From Gammaproteobacteria bacterium (GTDB lineage: Bacteria; Pseudomonadota; Gammaproteobacteria; JAJDYQ01): a stretch of DNA of 64,000 bases. Position numbers and translations under genes: made by a program. Every line of letters starts with the position of its first letter. The first letter of the stretch is position 1. Under the pieces are notes generated by a model. It saw only the letters and a list, made by a program, of their open reading frames with translations, was not told the origin of the DNA and searched no databases. Shown here one piece after another: positions 22,063-30,305 of the stretch. Location of the stretch: contig JAPYNQ010000063.1 in assembly GCA_028289815.1 (NCBI GenBank), positions 15,017 through 79,016 of the forward strand, given 5' to 3'.

Positions 22063-22071
22063 GGTTGTGGC

Positions 22072-23418
22072 CTACATCTCGGCGGATTCGAACATGCGTG
22101 TCAGCATGGCCATATCGCCGGCTGGCGCAGGCAGTTTGACACGCACCTTCCAGCCGCTGCCTGGCGCGACATCAATGGCTTCCCCCTGTAATGTCCGCAT
22201 GGTCTCCACTCTGAATTTTCGATTGCCTTGTGGGGTGATGAGTTCGAGTCGGTCGCCGACAGCGAACCGATTTTTGATCTCCAACTCAGCTTCGCCGGAA
22301 TCAGCATAGTAGCGTGTGACATCTGCCACGAATTGGGACCGGGTTGCCTTTGATGCGCCCTGACGGTAGTTCTGTAGTTCCTGTGACTCATGCCGTTGCA
22401 AAAAGCCGTCGGTGTAGCCGCGTTGCGCAAGGTTTTCCAGTTCCGCCAGCAGGGCAGGGTCAAACGGTTGACCGGCGGCTGCATCGTCGATGGCGCGGCG
22501 ATACACCTGGGTGGTGCGTGCGGTATAGTAATAGGACTTGGTACGGCCTTCTATTTTCAGGCAATCAACGCCTATCGCCGTTAATTTGTGGACATGCTCC
22601 ACGGCACGCAGATCTCTGGAGTTCATAATATAAGTGCCGTGTTCATCCTCAAAGATCGGCATGAACTCACCGGGACGGCCTTTTTCTTCCAAGTAATACA
22701 TCTCATCCGCTAACGGATGGCGCCGGGTTTCACCGGCCGTGACCGCGCTGTCCGCTATTTTGTTGACGTCGGATAGATCGATGGTGCGGTTGGTTTGCGG
22801 TTCTGTTCCCAGTCGATATTGCCAGCGGCAGGCGTTGGTGCAGGCGCCTTGGTTGGCATCACGGTGATTCAAATAGCCGGATAACAGGCAGCGACCGGAA
22901 TAGGCCATACACAGCGCACCATGCACAAAGACCTCAATTTCCATATCCGGGCATGTGTCGCGGATTTCGGCGATTTCCTCCAGTGATAACTCCCGCGATA
23001 ATATAACTCGGCTCAGACCAATAGATTGCCAGAACCTGACACCGGCTGAATTAACTGTATTGGCTTGGACTGAAAGATGAATGGGTATGTCCGGCCATTT
23101 TTCCCTGACCAGCATAATTAATCCGGGATCGGCCATGATCAGTGCGTCCGGTCGCATGTCGATAACCGGCGCGATATCGTCCTCAAATGTGTTCAGCTTG
23201 GCATCATGCGGCATGATATTGGCAGCTACGAACAGTTGCTTGCCTTGGTCATGCGCCTCGCGTATGCCGATACGCAGGTTTTCCCGGAGAAAGTCGTTTT
23301 CGCGCACGCGCAGGCTGTAACGCGGCATACCGGCGTAGACCGCATCAGCGCCATAGGCAAAGGCATAGCGCATATTTTTCAGGGTGCCGGCAGGCGCGAG
23401 TAATTCGGGTGCTTTCAT
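22072..23418 (-). CDS. Peptidase U32-family protein, YegQ/TrhP-like in length
   Basis: N-terminus MKAPELLAPAGTLKNMRYAFAYGADAVYAG and a conserved Cys cluster are typical of U32 proteins. It lies 9 nt upstream of coq7 on the same strand. Confidence 0.85.
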   Translation of the reverse strand: MKAPELLAPAGTLKNMRYAFAYGADAVYAGMPRYSLRVRENDFLRENLRIGIREAHDQGKQLFVAANIMPHDAKLNTFEDDIAPVIDMRPDALIMADPGLIMLVREKWPDIPIHLSVQANTVNSAGVRFWQSIGLSRVILSRELSLEEIAEIRDTCPDMEIEVFVHGALCMAYSGRCLLSGYLNHRDANQGACTNACRWQYRLGTEPQTNRTIDLSDVNKIADSAVTAGETRRHPLADEMYYLEEKGRPGEFMPIFEDEHGTYIMNSRDLRAVEHVHKLTAIGVDCLKIEGRTKSYYYTARTTQVYRRAIDDAAAGQPFDPALLAELENLAQRGYTDGFLQRHESQELQNYRQGASKATRSQFVADVTRYYADSGEAELEIKNRFAVGDRLELITPQGNRKFRVETMRTLQGEAIDVAPGSGWKVRVKLPAPAGDMAMLTRMFESAEM

Positions 23419-23518
23419 GGTGCTCTGCTGTCCATAAATTACGGAATCCGTCTATTGTGCTCGAAATCTGCCAGCGATTGAATATATCATTCTGATCATT
23501 CTTCGGGAAAGACAGATA

Positions 23519-23824
23519 GTGTACTACCAATATCACGTATTTTTTTGTACCAACCGTCGCCGGGATGGGCGTGAATGCTGTGAGGCGCATGATGCCTCCG
23601 GTATGCGCGCCTATCTGAAAAGGCGTTGCAGTGAATTGGGGTTGTCCGGTAAAGGTGGTATCCGTATCAATACGGCAGGCTGTCTGGACCGTTGCGAGCA
23701 GGGGCCGGTACTGGTGATTTATCCGCAGGGTATCTGGTACACCTACGTTGATGAGCAGGATATCGAAGAGATACTCAGGCGTCACCTGTTGGAGGGAGAG
23801 GAAGTAGAGCGGCTGAAGATATGA
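23519..23824 (+). CDS. Thioredoxin-like [2Fe-2S] ferredoxin
   Basis: Cys pattern C-x(n)-C...C-x3-C (FFCTNRRRDGRECC...AGCLDRCEQGPV) of the NuoE-like or Trx-like ferredoxin family. Divergent from the U32 gene. Confidence 0.65.
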   Translation: MYYQYHVFFCTNRRRDGRECCEAHDASGMRAYLKRRCSELGLSGKGGIRINTAGCLDRCEQGPVLVIYPQGIWYTYVDEQDIEEILRRHLLEGEEVERLKI

Positions 23825-23905
23825 GCGATACTGTTGTGGCGGCGGCAGGCAACGGGGCGCCGAAGCACTCCTGCCGCCTAGCCGCTGTGATTTTGTCTGT
23901 TGCCG

Positions 23906-24454
23906 TCAGAAGCCAAAAACAAGGCTGGCTCCGAAATTGTGCATATTAGTATCGCTGATTCTCAGTCCTTGGTATTCAAAGCGAACAGCAACATCGGGAT
24001 TCAGTTCGGTTTGATAGCCCAGCCCCAAGAGTACATCGGTACCAACGTCGTTGGTACTGACATCAGCAAGTTCCTCTTCTACTTCCCACCGATGCCACCC
24101 CAGCTTAGCAAACAGGCCATTATCAAAATGATAAACACCGGAAATGCCAAAGCTATCGCCGTCCGTATCCGCAACTACTGAACTATCAGCCGATGAATAT
24201 TCAGAATCACCGCCAATAATCATATATTGGATTTCAAGTGCAAAGTTACCGACAGAACCGAGACTATCGGTGGAATGATCAGGTTGGATACCTAGGAAAA
24301 GGGCGGGATTTACATTATCGTAATCATATTCAACCCCAACCTCCTCGTCCCCTGCAATGGAATAAAGAAAGCCTGCCCCACCATAAACATTCGGATCGGC
24401 CATGACCATTGGGGATAGAAACAGCCCCGAGGCTGCAACCAAGTACTTAATCAT
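23906..24454 (-). CDS. Outer-membrane beta-barrel protein (OmpW/OmpA-N-like, 8-stranded)
   Basis: Signal peptide, alternating hydrophobic beta-strand pattern, and a C-terminal aromatic residue (VFGF). Confidence 0.65.
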   Translation of the reverse strand: MIKYLVAASGLFLSPMVMADPNVYGGAGFLYSIAGDEEVGVEYDYDNVNPALFLGIQPDHSTDSLGSVGNFALEIQYMIIGGDSEYSSADSSVVADTDGDSFGISGVYHFDNGLFAKLGWHRWEVEEELADVSTNDVGTDVLLGLGYQTELNPDVAVRFEYQGLRISDTNMHNFGASLVFGF

Positions 24455-24475
24455 CTTTTTCTCCTTGTATTTTCA

Positions 24476-24509
24476 GCAAAATAAACAACGACACCGAGTA
24501 GGGGGTGTC
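24476..24509 (-). terminator. Rho-independent terminator-like hairpin: GACACC-n8-GGTGTC followed by a T-rich run on the minus strand
   Basis: A 6-bp GC-rich stem. The reverse complement continues GTTGTTTATTTT. It is downstream of the DUF3800 gene. Confidence 0.4.
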
Positions 24510-24701
24510 GGGCTTTTGCTATCTCAACAAAGGAAAAGAAGACCTCACCTATTTACCACAACAGGGAGCGACCCTATTGTTTGGAATGGCTGTTGTATTC
24601 AGTGAGAATCCCGACATGGGGGTCCCTCTTGTTGAGTAGCGGTGTGGATTCTCACACAGTTCCGGCATGGTGTCAATAGATCTGTCCGGGTTCAGTGCTT
24701 T

Positions 24702-25402
24702 TTATTCTTTGACGTATAGTCCGTGTTTGATGCCACCTTCCGAATCAAAGCAATCACAAATTTCACTAAAGAAGCTGTTATCTTTTGCTTCGTATTGGCG
24801 AAATATTGAATATGCAGCTAGGTCAGCGAGTTGAAGCAGGCGGGTAGCTTTTGAGTCAAGAAAAACCGGTACTTCCGCGTAATTTGCTATCGTGCCCCAA
24901 GTATGGCCCTCATACTTGAATTCACGTGCCAACGACTGAATACGTTTTTCTGTAGCCGATTTATCAAACAGCATAAGACTGCGCTGAGTGTCTCCGTATT
25001 TGCGATAGCGACGTTTCAAGAATAGGTCGAAGCGGCTGACCAGTTGTTCAAATGAGTGAATAACCGGGTCTTCGCCGGGTAACGCTGACTTTTTAACAAC
25101 TGCCGCAAACAGCCGAACGCCACCATAGTGCTGATGTTTATGTTCTTTAATCCCCGTTTGCAGAGCGAATTTGATCTGTCGGCTAATGGGTACGCCTTCC
25201 AGCCCTCTCTGCCTGATCGCATGGAAGAACCATGCAGATCAATGGCATTGGGATTTTCATTATTGAATCTTCGGGCGACATCGTCTAGTCCCTGCTCTAT
25301 CCAATGGGTTTGTCTTTCAAAAACACAGGCCTCCGCCAAGACAAAGTATTGTTGAGCAGGATCAGGGACTGAACCGGATTCATCAACATAGAGCAGGTAC
25401 AA
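24702..25402 (-). pseudogene. DUF3800-family gene split into two ORFs (128 aa plus 105 aa) with a 4-nt overlap
   Basis: N-terminus MYLLYVDESG is the DUF3800 signature. The family is normally about 230-250 aa as one polypeptide. Here it is two frames overlapping at 25016..25019. Confidence 0.45.
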
Positions 25403-25486
25403 GTCCGGTCTCCGTTATAATGTCCATTATAATGTAAAAAAGTGCCGCATTGTTTGTCCCGATTGAAAGGGTAAGCCAAGCGGGGG

Positions 25487-25690
25487 AAAAGGCCCCGACG
25501 CACCGCATAAGGGGCGGTACCCCCAGCTTATAGAAGATGCTAATTTTGGGGATTATAACGAGTAGTTGATGACAAGACAACTTCGCTCAATTTCACGCTC
25601 CTGCCTTCTGCAGGCAGGCCTCCACGTGCAACAGCCCCATCTTTGGAGGCCGAAAGGTTGATGGTAACCTTTGTAGCGCGTAATAACAGC
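25487..25690. other. Structured GC-rich non-coding region upstream of rplM: a nested hairpin followed by three tandem perfect hairpins
   Basis: AAGCGGGGG...CCCCCAGCTT encloses GCCCC...GGGGC. Then CTGCCT-tctgc-AGGCAG, GCCTCCA-n20-TGGAGGC and AAAGGTT-gatggt-AACCTTT. No ORF is present. Confidence 0.3.
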
Positions 25691-26037
25691 GATTTTCCAA
25701 AGCGCAACAGGCTTCTCATAGATATGCTATGAACTCATAGACTTGTTTGTCTACGTCTATTAAGAAATAGTAATATCTTGTCAGCTATTACTAGATAATT
25801 TCCTGCCTGTTTTTCGGATTGTAAGCCTTTCTAGGAGAAACTCCGACCCAGCATAGTGTCAATGATTATGGCTTTTGGACAGCCGTGCGGGGTGTGACCA
25901 GTCTTTTTTCGCTATTATTTCGGTCAGGGGACGGTAAGGTGAAATATTTACGGCGGTCATACGCGAAAGTGCTTGTTTACGTTGGTGTCTGCCGGTAACA
26001 TGACCGGCCTTTTTGACAACAAGAAGTTTTCACCATC

Positions 26038-26466
26038 ATGGCGACTAAAAATACTCGGCCTGCTGAGGTCCAAAGGAATTGGTATCTGATTGATGCCGAC
26101 GGCAAGATCTTGGGCCGTTTGGCAAGCAAAATCGCACATCGTCTGCGTGGTAAGCATAAGCCTGAATACACGCCGCATGTCGATACCGGTGACTATATTG
26201 TGGTGGTCAATGCCGAGAAGGTGCGCGTGACCGGCAACAAAATGAAGGATAAGGTGTATCGGCACCATACCGGTTATATTGGCAACCTGAAATCAATCAG
26301 CTTGGAAAAGCAGCTGCAGCAGCATCCGGAGCGGGTTATTGAGTCCGCTGTCAAGGGGATGATGCCCAAGGGCCCTCTGGGACGCCAGATGTATGCCAAA
26401 CTGAAGGTTTATGCTGGGGCGGAGCACAGGCACGCGGCGCAACAGCCGGTACCGATGGATATCTAA
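26038..26466 (+). CDS. rplM: 50S ribosomal protein L13
   Basis: [30 protein letters not shown] is canonical L13. Confidence 0.97.
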   Translation: MATKNTRPAEVQRNWYLIDADGKILGRLASKIAHRLRGKHKPEYTPHVDTGDYIVVVNAEKVRVTGNKMKDKVYRHHTGYIGNLKSISLEKQLQQHPERVIESAVKGMMPKGPLGRQMYAKLKVYAGAEHRHAAQQPVPMDI

Positions 26467-26499
26467 GCCGCCGAATATTTAATGTAGGGATCTTTCAAT

Positions 26500-26889
26500 A
26501 TGAGTGAAACATATTATGGGACGGGTCGGCGCAAGAGCAGTACCGCACGTGTTTTTCTGAGCACGGGCAGAGGCGATATCAGGGTCAACAAGCAGCTGCT
26601 GGATGACTATTTTGGCCGTGAAACCAGCCGTATGATTGTACGTCAGCCACTGGTGTTGACTGGAAATCTGGACAGATTTGATTTCCGAATCAGTGTAAAA
26701 GGTGGCGGTGACAGCGGTCAGGCGGGTGCTATCCGGCACGGTATTGCCCGCGCCTTGATTGCTTATGATGAAAATCTGCGCGGTGAACTGCGTAAGGCCG
26801 GTTTCGTAACGCGCGATGCACGTTCTGTTGAGCGCAAAAAAATTGGTTTGCATAAAGCCCGTAAGGGGACGCAGTACTCCAAGCGCTGA
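26500..26889 (+). CDS. rpsI: 30S ribosomal protein S9
   Basis: [16 protein letters not shown]...[11 protein letters not shown] is canonical S9. Confidence 0.97.
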   Translation: MSETYYGTGRRKSSTARVFLSTGRGDIRVNKQLLDDYFGRETSRMIVRQPLVLTGNLDRFDFRISVKGGGDSGQAGAIRHGIARALIAYDENLRGELRKAGFVTRDARSVERKKIGLHKARKGTQYSKR

Positions 26890-26935
26890 TGGGTCGTCAG
26901 CCCTGCTGCCGATACGGTGTGTTTAATGTAGTAAT

Positions 26936-27187
26936 ATGCAGGTCATCAGTACGATTCAGGTAGGAATATATGATGCGCTGATTGATGCGGGTGCGGCCGA
27001 GAGCAAAGCCCGACCCGCTGCGAAAAGCCTGACTGGATAGCGCGAAACGGACGAAGTAGCCACCGGAGTTGATATAACGGAAGTTGAGGTGGAGATAGCC
27101 GACCTTGAAGATCGATTAACTTGGCGCATCGTTGTTATTGCGGGCCTGATGATTAGCCGCTGTTTCAGTAGCTACAAGGTATCCTGA
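26936..27187 (+). pseudogene. DUF1640-family small protein gene interrupted by an in-frame TAG at 27038..27040
   Basis: My own translation: MQVISTIQVGIYDALIDAGAAESKARPAAKSLTG*RETDEVATGVDITEVEVEIADLEDRLTWRIVVIAGLMISRCFSSYKVS*. It matches the DUF1640 pattern (FDTLxFVKxLxxAGFxxxQAEA...LxTKxDLxxLExRL, then a C-terminal transmembrane helix). The two halves are each too short to appear in the track. Confidence 0.45.
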
Positions 27188-27200
27188 TGGCGGCGCTGGC

Positions 27201-28076
27201 CTAAGGGAGTTCCTCCGAAAGCCTGTTATATGTTGTCGTTTGTTGTTTGCAGTGATCATAGGCAACGATAAATTCATGCCAGATTTCGCCAGGTTCCCCG
27301 GTGCCTATGCGTCGGTTATCAACTGATATGACCGGGACAATTTCCCGGGTGGAGCTGGTCAGCCAGACTTCATCGGCGGTAAATAATTTGTTCACGGAAA
27401 ATGACTGCTGCTGGTGAGGGAAACCGGTATTTTCGGCGATTTCCAGTACCAAGTCGCGGGTAATGCCAGGAAGCAACATGGGGCCTTTGGGCGGTGTAAA
27501 CAGTGTACCGTCACAAACAATAAAGATATTACTGGCTGCTCCTTCTGTGACCTGTCCGTCACGAACAAGAAATGTCTCCGTGCATCCCCGATCAACGGCT
27601 TGTTGCCGCAGCAGAATATTGGCCAGCAGGGTAATTGCTTTAACGTCACAATGTTGCCAGCGGTTGTCTTCCCGGGTTATGGCACAGGTACCGAGGTGTT
27701 GCTGGGGCACCGGTACCGCCTCCAGTTTGGAAGACATGATGAAGACAGTGGATTCGATATGCCTTGGTATGGCGTAGTTACGATGATTGTCTGCGCCACG
27801 TGTTACCTGGAGATATATCGTGTGGTCGTCGTAGTCCTGCTTTGCTATCAGTTCTCGCAGAATATTCTGCCATTCTTCATCGGAGTATGGATTAGCCATG
27901 CGCACAGCGTCTAGGCTGTTGTCCAGACGTTGAAGATGTTGTTTAATACGAAACAGCTGCTTGGCATAGGCCGGTATGACTTCATAAACACCATCGCCAA
28001 AGAGAAATCCACGGTCAAGTGGGGAGATTCTGGCCTGTTCGAGTGGTAGGAATTCACCGTTAAGAAATACGGTCAT
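27201..28076 (-). CDS. dat: Class IV (D-amino-acid / branched-chain) aminotransferase
   Basis: Fold-type IV motifs (GDGVYEV, ExxxxNxF). The start is chosen at MTVFLNGEF with a 4-nt overlap on the dacA stop. The track ORF extends to 28151. Confidence 0.75.
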   Translation of the reverse strand: MTVFLNGEFLPLEQARISPLDRGFLFGDGVYEVIPAYAKQLFRIKQHLQRLDNSLDAVRMANPYSDEEWQNILRELIAKQDYDDHTIYLQVTRGADNHRNYAIPRHIESTVFIMSSKLEAVPVPQQHLGTCAITREDNRWQHCDVKAITLLANILLRQQAVDRGCTETFLVRDGQVTEGAASNIFIVCDGTLFTPPKGPMLLPGITRDLVLEIAENTGFPHQQQSFSVNKLFTADEVWLTSSTREIVPVISVDNRRIGTGEPGEIWHEFIVAYDHCKQQTTTYNRLSEELP

Positions 28077-28077
28077 G

Positions 28078-29247
28078 TTATTCGAGCATAAGCCGTATGG
28101 AGTCCACCATCCGTACCCAAGGATTGCCCTCGGGGACATCTTCCAAGGCAATCAGTGGCAGGGTCGCCAGATTTTTTTCATCCAAGGTAACAATGGCTTT
28201 GCCCATGACGGTGCCTTTTTGTACCGGGGCGATGATTTTTTCGCTGAATTCCAGTTCCGCATTGAGGTCGTCGTAACTTCCTCGGGGGATGGTAACGATC
28301 AATTTGTTGGCTAATCCCAAGCTGATTTTTTGTTGCGCGCCTTTCCATATACGGCTTCGAACCAGTTCTTGGCCTGCCTTATATATCTCTGTGGACTCGT
28401 AGAATCGGAAGCCGAAGTTAAGCAGTCTGGCAGAAGATCGGTTGCGGAGTCGCTCGCTGGATGCGCCCATAATGACCGAGATCAGGCGCATATCATTGCG
28501 AACCGCAGAAGCCACCAAGCAGTATCCGGCGCCACTGGTATGACCGGTTTTAATGCCATCAACAGAACCGTCCTGCCACAACAATTTATTGCGGTTGTAC
28601 TGTTTAATGTCATTATATTCATAGGCCCTGACGGCGTGTAATTGATACGGGTCCGGAAAATGTTTAATCATTGCGTGTGCGAGTATAGCTAGGTCTCTCG
28701 CTGTAGTGACATGGTTGTCTGCTGGCCAGCCCGCGGCATTTGCAAAATGGGTGTTTTGCATGCCAAGCGTCCGGGCATATTGATTCATCATGTCTGCAAA
28801 TGCCTCTTCAGAACCCGCGACATGCTCTGCCAGTGCCACTGCGGCATCATTTCCGGATTGAATAATCAGCCCATGAAGCAAGTCGTTGATGGAAACCGAT
28901 TTGTTGACTTCAATAAACATGCGGGAACCGCCGGTTCTCCAGGCTTTTTCACTGACAATGGTTTCCTCTTCCAGTGTCAGTCGGCCTTTCTTGAGCTCAT
29001 CAAAGATAATATAAGCCGTCATTATCTTGGTAAGGCTGGCGGGTTCCAGAGGTGTATCAGCATTTTTCTCAATTAGAAAACTGCCTGTGGCGTAATCCAT
29101 CAAAGCATAGCTGTCAGCCTCGAAAGCAGGTGGCGCAGGAATCGGGAGGGCGGTGAAACCGCTGATTGACCAAGGTAAAAATGCCAGCGAGAGTAGGATA
29201 TTTCTTAAAAACAATGGCTTGAGATATGGTTGCTGCAAGCGGCACAT
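28078..29247 (-). CDS. dacA: D-alanyl-D-alanine carboxypeptidase (PBP5/6 class)
   Basis: Signal peptide, SLTK (SxxK), SGN and KTG motifs, 389 aa. Confidence 0.9.
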   Translation of the reverse strand: MCRLQQPYLKPLFLRNILLSLAFLPWSISGFTALPIPAPPAFEADSYALMDYATGSFLIEKNADTPLEPASLTKIMTAYIIFDELKKGRLTLEEETIVSEKAWRTGGSRMFIEVNKSVSINDLLHGLIIQSGNDAAVALAEHVAGSEEAFADMMNQYARTLGMQNTHFANAAGWPADNHVTTARDLAILAHAMIKHFPDPYQLHAVRAYEYNDIKQYNRNKLLWQDGSVDGIKTGHTSGAGYCLVASAVRNDMRLISVIMGASSERLRNRSSARLLNFGFRFYESTEIYKAGQELVRSRIWKGAQQKISLGLANKLIVTIPRGSYDDLNAELEFSEKIIAPVQKGTVMGKAIVTLDEKNLATLPLIALEDVPEGNPWVRMVDSIRLMLE

Positions 29248-29421
29248 TGTATCGGGATTATTTTCTCAATGCACTGATAAATTTCAGTGGCTTATGGGAA
29301 TCCCTGAAATCCTGTCATACAATATCAGGGCGGTGTTGCGCAGCGCCCGGAATTTATATTTGGTCGTCCACTTTTTTGGGGGCGAGTTCCTTGCGTTTGA
29401 TGCAGTATGCAGGATGTTGAT

Positions 29422-30189
29422 TCAGCCGCGGATAAAGGCCCAGATGCTGTCCGTGGACAGGGATTCATTGAATCGGTAGCCCTCTAGGTCGAACTGCTTC
29501 AGATCTTGTGGAGTGTCTATTCTGTTTTTGATGATGAAGCGGCCCATCAATCCGCGGGCTTTCTTGGCGAGGACACCAATTATTTTGAAGGCACCATTCC
29601 TGCGCTCTCTGAAATTGGGTGTAATGATATCCGCATTGAGTCCCCCGGGACTGATGACTTTGAAGTATTCATTTGAGGCCAGATTGACAAGTGTTTCGGA
29701 TTGATGTTTTGCCAGTTCTTTGTTCAGCTGTTCGGTGATGGTATCTCCCCAAAAATCATAGAGGTTTTCTCCTCGTGGGTTGCGCAGCCGGGTCCCCATT
29801 TCAAGTCGGTAAGCCTGTATAAGATCCATCGGGCGTAAAATACCATACAGGCCGGACAGTATGCGAAGATGTTGCTGGCCAAATTCCAGCTCTTTTTTGT
29901 CCAAGGTTTCAGCATCCAGACTTCGATAAACGTCCCCTTTGAAGGTCATTATGGCGGGCTTGGCATTTTTTTCAGTAAATGGTGTCTTCCAGAAGTGATT
30001 GCGCTCCGCATTGAGCTCAGCAATCGCTGAACTGATGTGCATAAGTTCCATCAAATCCAAGGATGAGTATTCACGCAGAATTTTGTTTAATTTTCGTGAT
30101 TCCGCAAGCAAAGCCGGTCTGGTCGCATTGAAGGAGCGCCCGGATGTATCAGGGTCCAGTTTTTTGGCTGGAGAGAGAACTGTCAGCAT
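29422..30189 (-). CDS. yaaA: Peroxide stress protein YaaA (UPF0246/DUF328)
   Basis: N-terminus MLTVLSPAKKLD is diagnostic for the family. Confidence 0.85.
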   Translation of the reverse strand: MLTVLSPAKKLDPDTSGRSFNATRPALLAESRKLNKILREYSSLDLMELMHISSAIAELNAERNHFWKTPFTEKNAKPAIMTFKGDVYRSLDAETLDKKELEFGQQHLRILSGLYGILRPMDLIQAYRLEMGTRLRNPRGENLYDFWGDTITEQLNKELAKHQSETLVNLASNEYFKVISPGGLNADIITPNFRERRNGAFKIIGVLAKKARGLMGRFIIKNRIDTPQDLKQFDLEGYRFNESLSTDSIWAFIRG

Positions 30190-30305
30190 TATTATTTCCC
30201 TATTATGTGGTGAAAGCGTTACTATAGCGCTGGGAACATCAACTTGTCAGTGACTTTAGTGTTATAAGCAGCCCATCACGCTCATTCGGCTAGGAAGGTT
30301 TAAGT

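Noticed and set aside
25440-25540. Possible tRNA or tmRNA in the GC-rich hairpin cluster
   Set aside because: There is no T-loop (GTTCRANYC), no acceptor or CCA architecture, and no tmRNA tag-reading-frame features. I kept it only as an unclassified structured element.
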